Part shown: piece by piece, positions 12,095 to 24,704 of the stretch
How positions within the stretch are numbered: position 1 is the stretch's first letter
Layout: each line of letters opens with the position of its first letter
Assembly: GCF_004010195.1 (NCBI RefSeq)
Contig: NC_057719.1
Location: 28,188,710-28,252,709 of the forward strand
Direction: 5' to 3'
Length of the DNA stretch: 64,000 nucleotides
Origin: Chiloscyllium plagiosum
Lineage: Eukaryota
Notes under the pieces: generated by a model
The model's database searches: none
Seen by the model: only the letters and a program-made list of their open reading frames with translations
Told to the model about the DNA's origin: nothing
Made by a program: the position numbers and the translations under genes

Positions 12095-12645
12095 ACTTTA
12101 TGTATTGTAATGTCAATCTTCTTAATGCAATGATTAATCCTGGGGATCTGTCCTGTGAAGGTGAGTGGACTACCATTGTGTCAAGCGCGGTCATGCATTG
12201 TGTTACTTTTTCCACTGAAAAGGTGCCATAATAAATTAAAGAAATGCGAAAAAAAAACCATGCTACCAACCTGTGCTGTCAGATTTTGTCTCATCATTTA
12301 AATCAACTGACAACTCTGGCTGTTACCAAAAGAAATCCTGCTTTTGAAAGTTAATAAAACCTCTTCATTTGCTCCTCTTCATTGATTGGACATGATTCTA
12401 TTCTGTCAGTTTCAGACAAAGTCACTGCCAGCTTGAGTAATGACAGCTGTGGTCATTATAACTGCTCGGCTGGACTTCAAACTCTATGTAGCTTCAGCTC
12501 AGTAGATGCTCTATTGGTTCAAAATGTTATTAGATTCTTAGAGGTTTAGTATTTCTTGCCCCCAATAAGATTAATATAATTCCCATTGCTTTTGCATAGT
12601 TCCTAAAAGTATATTCTGGGTGAATGACTATGGAAAGTTGTTTTT

Positions 12646-12985
12646 GATTCATTCAATAGATGTGGGCATCACTAGTTGGGCCAGCATTTCTTGCCCATCC
12701 CCAATTGCCCAGAAGGTAGTTAAGTGTCAACTACATTACTGTGGGTCTGGAGTGATGGGTAGGCCAAACCAGGTGAGGATGGCAGTTCTTTTCCTATAGG
12801 AAATTAGATAATCAGGTGAGTTTTTTCTGACAATCAGCAATGGTTTCAGGGTCATAATTAGACTCCTAATTCCACACATTTATTCCATTCAAATTCCACC
12901 AAATGGATTCGAACCCAGATCCCCAGAACATTACCATGGTCTCTGGGCTAATAATCTAGCCAGAATACAGTAGCCATTGCCTCCC
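12646..12985 (-). mobile_element. tRNA-headed SINE consisting of the 5' and 3' ends of the LINE at 42274-45207
   Basis: Perfect B box GGTTCGAATCC (reverse complement of 12905-12915). 12711-12985 aligns to 44925-45207 and 12646-12710 aligns to about 42275-42329. Confidence 0.8.
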
Positions 12986-13603
12986 ATATATGGGGGTATA
13001 TGGGGATTAAGGGAGGGGGCTGGAATTTGGTTTTCTGAGGGGAGGGGCTGGGGGTGGAGGAAGGGTGGCATGTGGATAAGCCAGAGGAGAAGAATGAGAT
13101 TTAGGAGGCCTTTCAATAAACGATGTAAGGTGAATTGCTTTACTGGAGAATGGAAGTAGGTTTTCTATTCCCTCTGCCTCCCATTCTTTCAGTTTTCATG
13201 CATTTGATTGTATTAAACAAAATACACTGAACTCAATTCCTTTCTAAAAAGGCAAACATGCTGGGCATGGGTTGGGTGCGCATTGTAGAAGACGCAAAAT
13301 GCACTGGTCAGGTTTTCCTGAGTTGCACAAAAATCCAACTCTGGTTTCTCTGACAGATACAATCACCGTTAGATGTACATGTTACATGCTAACAACTCTT
13401 TAGCCAGCTGTCATAAGTATTTAAAAACAGCTCCTGGTGTCTGCCAGTTCTTGGGTGATAAATCAGATGTTGAAAACTAGTCAAAAAAGGATCACAAGTT
13501 CTACATTTTTCCAATTTATTTCAAATATTTACATTTATTTAAATGTCTTGCATGGTCAATTTGACATATTTATTCCACATGCAATATTACAGATATCCCT
13601 AAA

Positions 13604-13927
13604 TCATAGAATTCCTGCAGCATGGAAGCAGGCCTATCGAATGCATAACGACCCTCCAGAGAACATTCCACCCAGACCTCCCCCATCCCTGTAATCCTGC
13701 ATTTCCCATTGCTAATCCACCTAGCTTCCACATCCCTAGACACTATGGGCAATTTAGCATGGTCAATCCACCTAACCTGGGAGGAAAACAGAGCACCCAG
13801 AGGAAACCCATGCAGACACGAGGAGAACATGCGTACTCCACACAGGCAGTCACCCATAGGTGGAATCGATCCTGTATATCTGGCGCTGTCAGGCAGCAGT
13901 GCTCAGCATTGAGCCACCATGCCACCC
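13604..13927 (-). mobile_element. HE1-type SINE, near full length
   Basis: Minus-strand head gggtggcatggtggctcaatgctgagcactgctgcctgacag, V-domain-like body and CR1-like tail. Confidence 0.85.
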
Positions 13928-14029
13928 CAAATGGTTTGATAATTACTTAGTCGATACCTGTACATACATCAATAATTGTGCTACAGTTTCAGAAGCATTT
14001 TACAACCCTGCCACAGAAACAGTAAATGC

Positions 14030-15115
14030 ACAGAGTAGGAGCTCACAATGTACGGGAGTAACATGTTACCAGGGATAGAGGATTAACCAGCTGGCAATAA
14101 ACAGCAAGCACAAATGGATCCTTTCCTGACTGACAGTGGGGTCCCACAGAGGTTTATGCTGGGGCCTCAATATTTTACAATTTTTACCAATGACTTAAAC
14201 GAGAGGAGTGTCGGTATGATAGTTAAATTATAAGGTGACAAATACGGACAGGAAAGCATGTTGTGAAAACAATGAGGAGGTTGTAGACCAATTCAGGTTC
14301 CATAGGTTGGCGTCTGGTAGATGGAATACAATGTAGGAAAATATAAACTTGTTCACATTGGTATGAAGAATTAAAAAACACTGTATTCAATAAAGAATGA
14401 CTGCAGAGTTCCAAGATGAAGAGGAATCGCGGTGTTTTATAGTTTAAAAAATGCTACCATTCAGGTATGGCAAGTAGGGAGAAAGGCTCATGGAATGCTT
14501 TCCTTTATTACAAAAGGAATTTAATATAAAAGTAAGAGCATTGTAATTGAGTAATACAGGACATTGATGAAACCACATCTTAAATATATTATGCAATTTT
14601 TGGTCTCCTTGATGGAGAAAGGATGTAGATGCATTACACGCCATTTCAGAGGAGTTCCACCAGGTAGATAGCTGGTTTGAATGGGTTATGAAATAAGGAG
14701 AGGTTGGACAGGCTGAGCTTGATTCAACTGGAATTAAGAAAAGTGAGGGGTCACTGGATTAAAGTGTATAAGATCCTGACATTCTTGATAAGGTGGAAAA
14801 GTAAAGGACATTTCCTGTTGTGGGTCAGTCCAGAACAAGGGCCATTGTTTTAAAAGTAGGGGTTGGCCTTTTAGTAGTGAGATGAGGAGGTTTGTTTTTT
14901 TTTCCTGGGGTTTTGAGTGACACTAGAACTTTGTCACAGAAGGCAGTGGATCTGGGATCATTGAGTATTTTTTCATGCAGAGGGCGATTTTTGTGAGGCA
15001 AGACAAATCAAAGATTTCCAGGAGTAAATGGAAACGTGAAATTTGAAACTCAAACAGATCAGCCCTGATCTTAATGAATGATGGGGCAATGTCGATGGGC
15101 TGAATGGCCTGAGAT
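14030..15115 (+). mobile_element. Old CR1 ORF2 3' half and 3' UTR
   Basis: Decayed GVPQGSVLGP-like segment (ggggtcccacagaggtttatgctggggcct), tatgcaattttggtctcc and tail gggctgaatggcct. Confidence 0.7.
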
Positions 15116-17796
15116 CATAATATCTTTTGAACCTGCAAAGTGCAAGAGTCACTTTTATACTAGAGTCAGACATAACCCAAGATAAGCTTCTACAGAAACA
15201 AAATATATTACTGGCTTAGTCCACATCCTGTCTGCACATAGCTATTGAGCTCAGTAACCAATATACAGGGGCCTGCAGTTTTCTGGATGTACATTTTGAT
15301 CTCACCAGTACCACAGGTAGCAGATGTTTAGTTATTTCTCTGGTCCTACCCCTCCTTCACTCCGCTATCTCTTGCATTGAATATGCTTGTTTATATACCA
15401 ATGTAATTCCAACTTCCCTTCAGAAACAACGTTTTGAACTTGTGTGACTGGGTTTTTGTTCTTCAATGATATTTTGTTGCTTCTCTAAAAAAAAGCCAAA
15501 GTAAATGCTGAGCAAAACAGAACTGATGGTTTGAGCACAAGTGTGATCAAGGTCGTGATTGCTAATATTATAAAATGACAGGTATTAATTTTCATTTCAG
15601 AGAAGTAAAGAAATTATGCAACAAAATGGTACTATAATATTGTAGACTGCATCTCAATTCTCATACAGAGCTCCAGTTCTAATTCCCATCGAACCCATGG
15701 GCTCCTAATGAGGCCACCCTGAGAAATTCAAGGTAGTGCTCAGAAAGTCTTTAAATGGAGAAGGAGGAGGAGAAGGACGAGGATGAGGCGCCACTGTCTC
15801 AGAGCAATTTGCAAACTGGCTTGCTTTGAATGTAGACTGCTTCAGTCCTGCAACATTGATACTTCTTTATCTGGGCTTCATTCCACACCGTGCTTTTGCA
15901 GCCAAGCCACACAACTGACCTGCACCTCCCTCTGTACAACCCGCCTCTTCTTTCACTCACCTGTGCTTTCCCTGGTTGTTGTGTTGGAGAGATAAGAAAC
16001 TCCACCGGACAATATCAGCACTATCCTTTTTGCTCTGATTAAACATTGGAGAGAATTACGACTAATAACATATCAATGAAATTGAAAAACAAATCCTAGC
16101 TCAGGCTCAAATAAAGAACTAAGGGACCACCACATTGTCACATTTTGGGAGCTTCATCAGCATGCTCAGTCAGATGTGCAAAATCACTATTGCCAGACTG
16201 CAGGGCGGAGAGAACTGACTGTATGACTCTAATTCAGAGAGGAATATGGGCACTGTCTGGTCTCCTAGTCAATGTTATGTAGTATTTGAGCAAAAGTGAA
16301 TCTTGTGTGAAAGTAAATTTCTAACATTTGGCTAAAAATCCTCAACTCGATCGTTCCTCAGTTTTTAAAAAAGTGGAAATTGTGGTCCCTTAGAAATTGA
16401 CTTTTCCTGATATTTACTGTACAGCATGAAATTTCATTTATCAGCTTTTACAGAGTACTTAACTTTCCAAAATTCTAGCATGGGAAAACAAAAGGGAAGG
16501 AATTGTGAGAAACAGAGGTCATGATGCACATTGAACTAATGTCAATAATTTACCTGGTGCTAAATGTACCCAATTATCAAGTGTGTTGTTTTTAAAAGTA
16601 AAATGATTTTGTTTGTAAAAGGAATGAAAATTAATCTGTAAATGGAGGTGGGTAGGGGGCACAACAGACTTTTGACATCATGAGTGAGCATTTCTATGGT
16701 GATTGGACAAAAGGGTTCAGATAATTGACTGACACCAATAACTTGCACCTAGAATCATAACCATGAGCACTCAAGGCAGAGGAGAGTTCTCCTCACTTGT
16801 CCTGAGATTGCAGGCATCATTAGGCAACTTTCAGAGAGCTGACCTCTCCAAAGGCCAGAACCAGACCAGAAGAAGAGGAAGACAACCCAGGGAAGAGTTC
16901 CCCTAGGCTTAAGAGCCAGATGGTGTCCCCCATAAAGTTAACAAGATGGAAACAGTCTGCCCAGCCAACCTGATGATTCACTGATTCCAGAAGACAATCG
17001 CCAATTGTCATGGTGTTATACTCCCTTAGCTTAATGCACTAATTTATCATATCTAAACTGTTGCTGGTTAACAAACATGATAAACTATCAGAAAATTGCT
17101 GCAAATCGTCAACTGCCTACATTAGGTAAGTGTGATCATGAACCCCCTAAAACCAACGCATTGCTGCTCAGAATGATAATCAAAACCACAAATTCAAATG
17201 GAGCCAAATGGAAACAGGCTGACATTTAAGCTAATTATTATATAGTGATAATATGACTAACTGCTGATTTGGGAATTTGAACTGAAGTACATTAATGAAA
17301 ATGGAATGTGTGTCACATAACTGGAATAGTAAGGTATAATAATAATAATACAAAAAGCTTTGGTGGCGGAATGACAAAAGAGGAACACTAACATGGAAAT
17401 AAAACTGGTATTAGTAAAATTTTGATGAAACTCAGCAACATTCACTAAAGTTCTGTCCTCCCTGCAGTCTGGTAAGTTCCTCAGAAGAACGCTTTGGTTT
17501 TTACAGTGAAGACTCTTGGACTGCTTGCATGCTCCCAGAGGGAAGGAGATTCTCCTGGCAACAGGGTGAGTAGCCAAAGGAGTGGCATATGCGAGGTTCC
17601 ACAAGGGAGCAGTAAGTAGAAGGTTCAGGCGAAGAAAGTGTGAGTGGGAGAACCTTCTCCAATATGGAGCCAATCCTGGTGCACAGGGTTCATAGACCCC
17701 TAGATTAAAACACCCTACGATGCAAGTCCTTAAGTGCACTGTGGCACCCAAAAACATACGTGAGTCACAACCCTATGTACAAATCAACTCTTCTTT

Positions 17797-17932
17797 TTTT
17801 AACCCTCAATCAACATCACTAAAAAGAGAGTTTCTGGTCACTTTCAGATTGCCATGTGTGGGGTGTTTTCCTTCCTGACATCAGGTGGTCATGAAAAAAA
17901 AAAGAGTGCTATATCAATGCAGGTCTTTTTTT
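17797..17932 (+). mobile_element. Deu-domain SINE 3' fragment
   Basis: ccctcaatcaacatcactaaaaagagagtttctggtcact...gtgctatatcaatgcaggtcttt. Confidence 0.55.
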
Positions 17933-18599
17933 TCACCCCACAAAAGGTAACAAGAGTTCAGCCATTACTAGAAAAACAAAAGGTTTAGATCTAGTCAGGC
18001 AGGCAATCGTCTATTTCTCCACCCACTTTAATCCAGCAGCTTTTATTTTGTGATGCCTGTGAACTGTGTTGCCACCAAATCCTAGCAGAAATTGACAGTG
18101 CCATTTTTGTCATGAAGGGTTTCTCTCCACTATGTTAAGGAGGTTTTCATCCCAAGTGTACCATGGATGATGTATCACACTCTCTGGTGCCCTGCTCACC
18201 CAATGTTTGCCCAATTCTCCCACTGATGGGCAGAAGTACTTACCATCACCAAGATATCCCAGAATTCCTGGTGCCAACTATTATGCACCCAGTCAGTCAA
18301 TCTGTGGCAGGCTGGAACTGCCCTACATGGTCCATGATATTTGCCCTAGACATCGCTCTTGATGCATGCAACAGTTGGCCTCACCTGCTCTGACCATTTC
18401 AACACCTCACATACTAATCCTGCATGGCCTCTGTGCTGCCATGCTCTCATTTGGGAGACCTCACCACTTCTCCCTCACCTACACCAGCAATCCCAGTTTC
18501 ACCCCCACTCAATCCCTCCCTTTCTTTCATTCCAAGGGGGAAACTGCTCATAAGAAGCCAAAAAGTGTCAGCTTGGATGCAAGTCTGTAGAATTGAGGA

Positions 18600-20840
18600 A
18601 CTGCAAATGTTAAAAAAATGCCATAGTCGAAGTTATGTACAGGCCTGCAAATAGTAGTCAGGAACTGGGGTGCAAGACACACCAGGAGATAGAAAAGATG
18701 TGGAGGAAGGGCAAAGTCACAGTGATCGTGAGGGATTTCAAAGTGACTGGGAAAATCAGGTTGGCCATGGATTGCAAGGAAAGGATTTTGTGGAATGTCT
18801 ACGAGATGGCTTTTTGGAGCAGCTTGTGATGGAGTCCTCTAGGGAACAGGCGATTCTGGATTTAGTGCTGTGCAATGAGGCAGACTTGATCAGGGAGCCT
18901 AAGGTGAAGGAATCCTTAGGAAGTAGTCATCATAATATAATTGAATTTACTCTGCAATTTGAGAGGGAGAAGATAGAATCAGAGGTAACGGTATTACAGC
19001 TGAATAAAGGCAACTATAGAGGCATGAGGGAGAAGCTAGATACAATTGACTGGGAAAGGAGCCTAGTGGCAAAGGCAGTGGAACAGCAATGGCAGGAATT
19101 TCTGGGAGTAATTCAGGAGACACGGCAGAGATTCATCCCGAGGAAAAAGCAACATGGTGCAGGGTCTCTGGAAAATGACACTGAAGAGATAGTAGTGGGG
19201 AACAAGGAAATGGCTGAGGAACTGAGTAATTACATCACGTCAGTCTTCACAGTAGGAGACATGAGTAATATCCCAAAAATTCAAGAGATTAAGGGGGCAG
19301 AGCTGAGTATGGTAGCCCTCACCCAAGGAAAAGGTGCTAGAAAAACTGAATGGCCTGAAGGTGGATAAGTCACCTGGACTATACCCCAGAGTTCTAAGGG
19401 AGGTCATAGAATCAGGGAGGGTCCCAGAGGACTGGAAAATTGCTAACATGACACCTCTGTTTAAAGAAGGAGCAAGGAAAAAGACAGAAAATTACAGATG
19501 AATTAATCTAACTTCTGTTGGGTGTAAGATACTAGAATCCATTGTGAAGGATGAGATTTCTGAATACTTGGAAGTCTTTGGTAAAATAAGGCAATGTCAG
19601 CATGGTTTCATCAAGGAAAAGTCATATCTGACAAATCTGCTAGACTTCTTTGAGGAAATAATGAGCAGGTTAGACCAAGGAGAGACAATGGATGGACTTC
19701 AAGAAGACCCTTGACAAGGTACTACACAGGAGACTACTGAGTAAGCTTATGGCCCATGGTTCAAAGGCACGGTGCTAGCATGGATAGAAGCTTAGCTATC
19801 TGGAAGAAAGCAGATAAAAGGGTCCTTCTTAGGAAGCAGCCAGTGACAAGTGATGTTCTACAAGGCTCAGTGTTAGGACCACAACTCTTCACTTTATACA
19901 TTAACAATCTAGATGAAGGAACTGAGGGCATTCTGGCTAAGTTTGTGGTCGATACAAAGATAGGTAGCACTGAGGAGATGGGGAGGCTGCAGAAGGATTT
20001 GGACAGGTTAGGGCAGTGGGCAAAGAAATGGCAGATGGAATACAATGTGGGAAGGTATGAGGTCATGCACTTTGGTAGGAAGAATAGAGACAGGAACTAT
20101 TTTCTAAATGGGGAAGAGATTCAGAAGTCTTAAGCGCAAATACACTTGGAAGTTCTAGTCCAGGATTCTCTGAAGGGAAACTTGTAGGTTGAGTCAGTGG
20201 TTAGGAAGGCAAATGCAATGATGGCATTTATTTTGAGAGGATTTGAATATAAAAGCAGGGACATACTTCTGAGGTTTTATAATGCTCTGGCCAGACTACA
20301 TTTGGAGCATTGTGCACAGTTTTGGGCCCTATATCTCAGGATTGATGTACTGACCCTGAAGTGTGTTCAGAGGAGGTTTACGAGAATGGTCCTAGGAATG
20401 ACAAGCTTAACATATGAGGAACGTCTGCGTTTATACTCGGTGGTGTTTAGAAGGAAGAGAGGAGTTCTAATTGACACTTGTAGAATACTGAATGGCCTGG
20501 ACAGAGTAGATGTGGGGAAGATGTTTCCATTGGCAGGAGAGACTAGGACCCAAGGGCACAGCCTTAGAGTAATGGGAAGACCTTTTAGAATGGAGACAAG
20601 GAGAAACTTCTTCAGCCAGAGAGTGGTGAATCTATGGGATTCATTGCCACAGAAGTCTGTGGAGGCCAGGTCATTAAATATATTTAAGACAGAGATAAAT
20701 AGGGGTCTTGAGTCTCAAGGGGATCAAGGGTTACTGGGATAAAGAGAGAGAATGGAGATGAGAAACCTATCAGCCATGATTAACTGGTGTTACAGACTCA
20801 CTGGGCTGAATGGCCTAATTTCTGCTCCCATGTCTTATGG
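18600..20840 (+). mobile_element. CR1 LINE, 5'-truncated, ORF2 (endonuclease C-terminus to RT) disrupted
   Basis: ORFs 18670..19368 (FLEQLVMESSREQAILDLVLCNE), 19756..20133 (QGSVLGPQLFTLYINNLDEG, LQKDLDRL) and 20197..20742 (FFSQRVVNLWDSLP). The tail ends tgtcttatgg. Multiple stops and frameshifts. Confidence 0.92.
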
Positions 20841-20908
20841 TAGGTGCCCAACATTCAGCTCCTCACCCGTTGTGATGAAAGGTCCTTGACTCTAGTCAAT
20901 GTATCGGT

Positions 20909-21133
20909 GGGAGAAGAAAAGTGTGGACTGCAGATGCTGGAGAGTCAGAGTCAAAAAGGGTGGTGCTGGAAAAGCACAGCAGGTCAGGCAGCATCTGAGG
21001 AGGAAAGTTGACATTTTGGGCATAAGCCTTTCATCAGGAATGTGAAGGTTGAAGGAGGATGAGAGATAAATAAGGAAGTGGAGGGCGGAAAGTCGCAGGG
21101 AAGGTGATGGGTGGATGCAGGTGGGGAGTAACC
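20909..21133 (-). mobile_element. PLE 3' terminal fragment, family A, decayed HHR
   Basis: ctgcagatgctggagagtcagagtc...gcataagcctttcatcaggaat. The minus strand reads cctgatgaaaggcttatgcccaaaatgtc. Confidence 0.8.
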
Positions 21134-21705
21134 AAGAGCGAAGCATTGAACTTTGCTTTGCCCATCTCCTATTACCCTCATTGACAGTGTTTTGACGTTA
21201 ACCTCTGGTCCTTGTTCAAACACCTTTTTATTGTGTCCTGCAGGTATCACATTACACTCTTTCCTTCGCCTCTGACAAAGGAAACATGGATGCCTCAAAT
21301 GAAACACCAGCAAGAATCTGGGAGTTATTTCACTTCAGGATATTCAATGTCAAATTAGTTTGTATAAATGGCTTAGGTACCAGGTTTTGGATATTGGATA
21401 TGAATCACTCCCCTCTCCACCTCGCGGAAACCCTGACTCCTCTTTGGGGAGCCTGCAGGCAAGCTCTGCATCATTTGGATCTTGTTTTGCCTGCCTGTTG
21501 CTGGGGAGCGACAAGTGAGCTCTAATTACCCACGAAGAGTTTCAATGGATGATGGGGCAGGTAACCATCTACAGGCCTTCCCTCACATGGACTCAATCAG
21601 GTCAAAGGCTTGTAAAGGCCAGGGAAGGACATTAGGTTCTGTCCGATATTCCAATAATAACTGAAGTTCACTAAACACTCAAGCAATTCTTTTTTCATTT
21701 TGCAG

Positions 21706-21758
21706 ATTTGATGAACCTATTGTGCATTTTAAACATAGTGCAGCAGAAATTATGGCTG
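21706..21758 (+). CDS. Candidate 53-nt exon, host gene unidentified
   Basis: Branch-like ctaaac (21671), acceptor ttctttttcattttgcag, donor CTG|gtaata. One open frame reads FDEPIVHFKHSAAEIMA, and the ATG at 21752 has A at -3 and G at +4. Confidence 0.3.
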
Positions 21759-23163
21759 GTAATAACAGCAATTGAATGCTAAACATGCTCATATGACTTT
21801 TCTCTGTCAACTATTAACCCAGTTAAAATAAATGGTGTAATCATGCCCATCACAAGGAAGACACTGGATCATGTTTAGTAAAGATTTTTCTGCTATTAAC
21901 TCCAATTATCATTTCTGTTCTATAATTGCTTAATGAGTCTGTCAAAAATGTTTTATTTTCATGCCCTGGAAATAGAATCCATTGTGTGCTGTAAAATATT
22001 TAAAAACCTAAAATGCATAACACATGGTTTGTAGGAAAGAGGAAGGTGATTTGATGTAACCTCCGGCTGGTGTACAATGTCCAATGGTGAAGGACAACCC
22101 AGGAGGCAAGCAACAATAGGAATGAAGACTTGCTCTCCAACATGACCTCAGTTTCTGGGAAGGCATGAAGATTTATTCATAGTTACACAGCAGAAACTGG
22201 GAACTCAGGAACTGGCAAATAACCCATGTTGTTCAACTACTTGAGCCTGCATATTGTCAATCCAGACTGCTTGTTTGGGATCTGCTAGCAGAATCTCTGC
22301 TTATGTGACACACATGAAATGCTCTCTGAACCTACAGATAGCTGTAATATGTCCTGAAGCCGTGGACTGTATTTTGAGCTAACTGTATCTCCCTTTATTG
22401 TAAATCTCACTTCAATTGTGCCATTTCCTGCTGTAGCTGTTTAGTGTTTTTAGATGGGTTTTTTTTTTAGTCTTCCTTCCCCTTGAGATTTTCTGTTTGC
22501 TTCCCTGAGCACTGACATATGTAAATTTTGCTTGCAGGGGAAATTACTCTGAACCAGTACAGTTCCTGGCACACCTCGTGTTAGAAAGCTAAAGTTCAAA
22601 ATATGTGAGAATGGAAAGCTTCCACCTGATGCAGTGTTTCTACTTGAAATAAATCCCCTACATGCCGGAGGTGAAATGGAGTCATAGTGTACATTATAGT
22701 TGGATCATATGGGAGTTGTTCTGGAAGTGTGCAGAAGTAATTTAACACAGCAACGATTTTACTTGTCTAGTTCACACACAGCTCACTTGGTAATTTAAGT
22801 AATACTTTTACATTGGAACATACATTTCTGTGAGCAAAGCAGTGATTAAACATTACTTTGATAGGAGTCCTTCCAACTTGATTAAAATTACCTTTCTTAT
22901 AAATGAATCTAAACTGAAATTGGAATTTGTAAAGAATTGTTTAAAATTACTAATACCTAAACATCGTACACATTTCCTTACTGTTACTGATGTGAGAACC
23001 CTATTACTCATGGAGAGAGGGTGTTGCGCTATAGTACATTATTTGGACTGAGTTCAGTAGAATTGGGGAATGCACTCAACCTTTTTGATGTTCATGGTCT
23101 GGGAATTGTAATTCTATACGTAAAGCCCTCAAGCCTTACTTTTCTACTCCTTCTATCCATTAG

Positions 23164-23222
23164 CTGTTGTTGATTGTTCAGCTAGGCCGTGGCCTGTCTC
23201 CCACCCTGAATGCAATTCTCAG
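23164..23222 (+). CDS. Candidate 59-nt exon, host gene unidentified
   Basis: Strong acceptor ccttacttttctactccttctatccattag and donor CAG|gtacgt. The phase-1 frame reads VVDCSARPWPVSHPECNSQ. The surrounding DNA is repeat-free and retains CpGs. Confidence 0.4.
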
Positions 23223-23963
23223 GTACGTCCTATGCGTAACGAACAACACTCTGATGCCAAAAACAGAGCCCATTAACAGAGCACGCCCTACACCTGCAGA
23301 AAGGGCAGACATTATTCATTCTAACATCTGGAACAGAGCAAAAGCAAGTCTAAAAAATGATGACGCAAACCCGAACCTTAGATTACCATCTTGTCTGAAA
23401 CTTCTGCCTATAAATAACAGGCCTGAAAAGAAAAAAATCACTTTGATTTAATTTTTCCCGGATTTATGGTTTGTCATTTTGGCAAATTTCCATATTAAAA
23501 TAAATCAAAATATTTTAAATTCATTGCTGGAAATCAACAAACACTCCCTCACATTCCTTGCTATGACAGAACAGCTCAGACCTAATCTGGGTCTATCTTT
23601 GAATATGTGCAAGAATCATTCATGACCCATAGGGACAGTGTTGCGTCACAAGTTTAACAGCTGAATTTAAAACATACAAGAGAGAGAGTGAAAGAGAAAT
23701 ATTGAGAGCTCAGGGAATAGCATCAGCTAGCAGTGTGAACAATCTTCCATTAACTTAATGTTCAGAATTGTTCCCTTTGCGAAATGTTAGAGGGTGTACT
23801 GGTCGGTATTGACATGATTGCTGCAAGTGGTAAATAACATGTGACTCTCTAATTCTGAATGTAAAGTCCCCTGATGATGCTAACTGTATGTCATATTAAA
23901 CCAAGCTATAAGGTCTTTTTATTTTTACTTGCAAGTCAAACAAAATTACATTAAACAAACACT

Positions 23964-24615
23964 TAAGACCATAAGACATAGGAGCAGAAATCAGGCCGTT
24001 CAGTCCATCGAGTCTGCTCCGCCATTCAATCATGGCTGATAAGTTTCTCAACCCCAATCTCCCGCCTTTTCCCCAGAGCCCTTAACAATCAGACTTCTGA
24101 ATTTTCTCCCCATTTAGAAAATAATCCATGCCTCTATTCTTCCTAGCAAAATGCATGCCTCATACTTTCCCATATTATATTCCACCTTACTGTCATTTTT
24201 GTCTACTTTCCTAACCTCTCCAAATTCTGCTGCAGCCTCCTCAATGCTACCTGTCACTCTACCTTTGTGTCATCTGCAAACTTAGCCAGAATTCCCTCAG
24301 TTCCTTCAGCGAGATTGTTAATGTATAAAGTGAAGTGTTGTGGTCCCAACACTGAGCCTTGCAGAACACCATTTGTCACTTGCTGCCATCCTGAGAAGGA
24401 CCTTTTATCCCCACTCTCTGCATTCTATCCAGACTTCTATCCATGCTAGCATTTTGTCTCTGACACCATGGGCCCTTATCTTATTCAGTAGCCTCCTGTG
24501 TGGTACTTTGTCAAAGGCCTTCTTGATGTCCAGGTGGATAACATTCATTGGCTCTCCTTGGTCTAACCTGCTCGTTACTTCTTCAAAGTCTAGCAGATTT
24601 GTCAGGCAGGACTTC
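23964..24615 (-). mobile_element. CR1 LINE, internally deleted (3' tail joined to RT region)
   Basis: Tail taagaccataagacataggagcag. After about 24090 the sequence is the reverse complement of the RT segment seen at 19620-20130. Confidence 0.85.
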
Positions 24616-24704
24616 AGAAAAATAAAGCTTGTATTTATGTAGGGTTTTTCACATCAGGAAATCATAAAGTACTTAAGTATTTTTGAAGTGTAGTCACTAT
24701 AATA

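Noticed and set aside
12592..12610. ttgcatagttcctaaaagt, resembling miR-153
   Set aside because: Several mismatches and no hairpin partner upstream.
15961..16034. Minus-strand exon-like segment (aatcag acceptor, CAG|gtgag donor)
   Set aside because: The peptides are unrecognisable and no supported partner exon exists; such splice-like pairs occur by chance in 64 kb.
17257..17757. 166-aa minus-strand ORF
   Set aside because: No domain or motif, low-complexity end, no supporting gene structure.
20873..21156. Possible older HHR (tgatgaaaggtcc...gaagcattgaac) split by the family-A PLE insert
   Set aside because: The match is too degenerate and no TSD links the two sides.
23140..23422. Minus-strand 283-nt exon ending ATG GAT AGA AGG AGT AGA AAA|gtaagg
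   Set aside because: All three frames contain stops and there are several upstream ATGs. The plus-strand 59-nt exon explains the same pyrimidine tract better. Not fully excluded.
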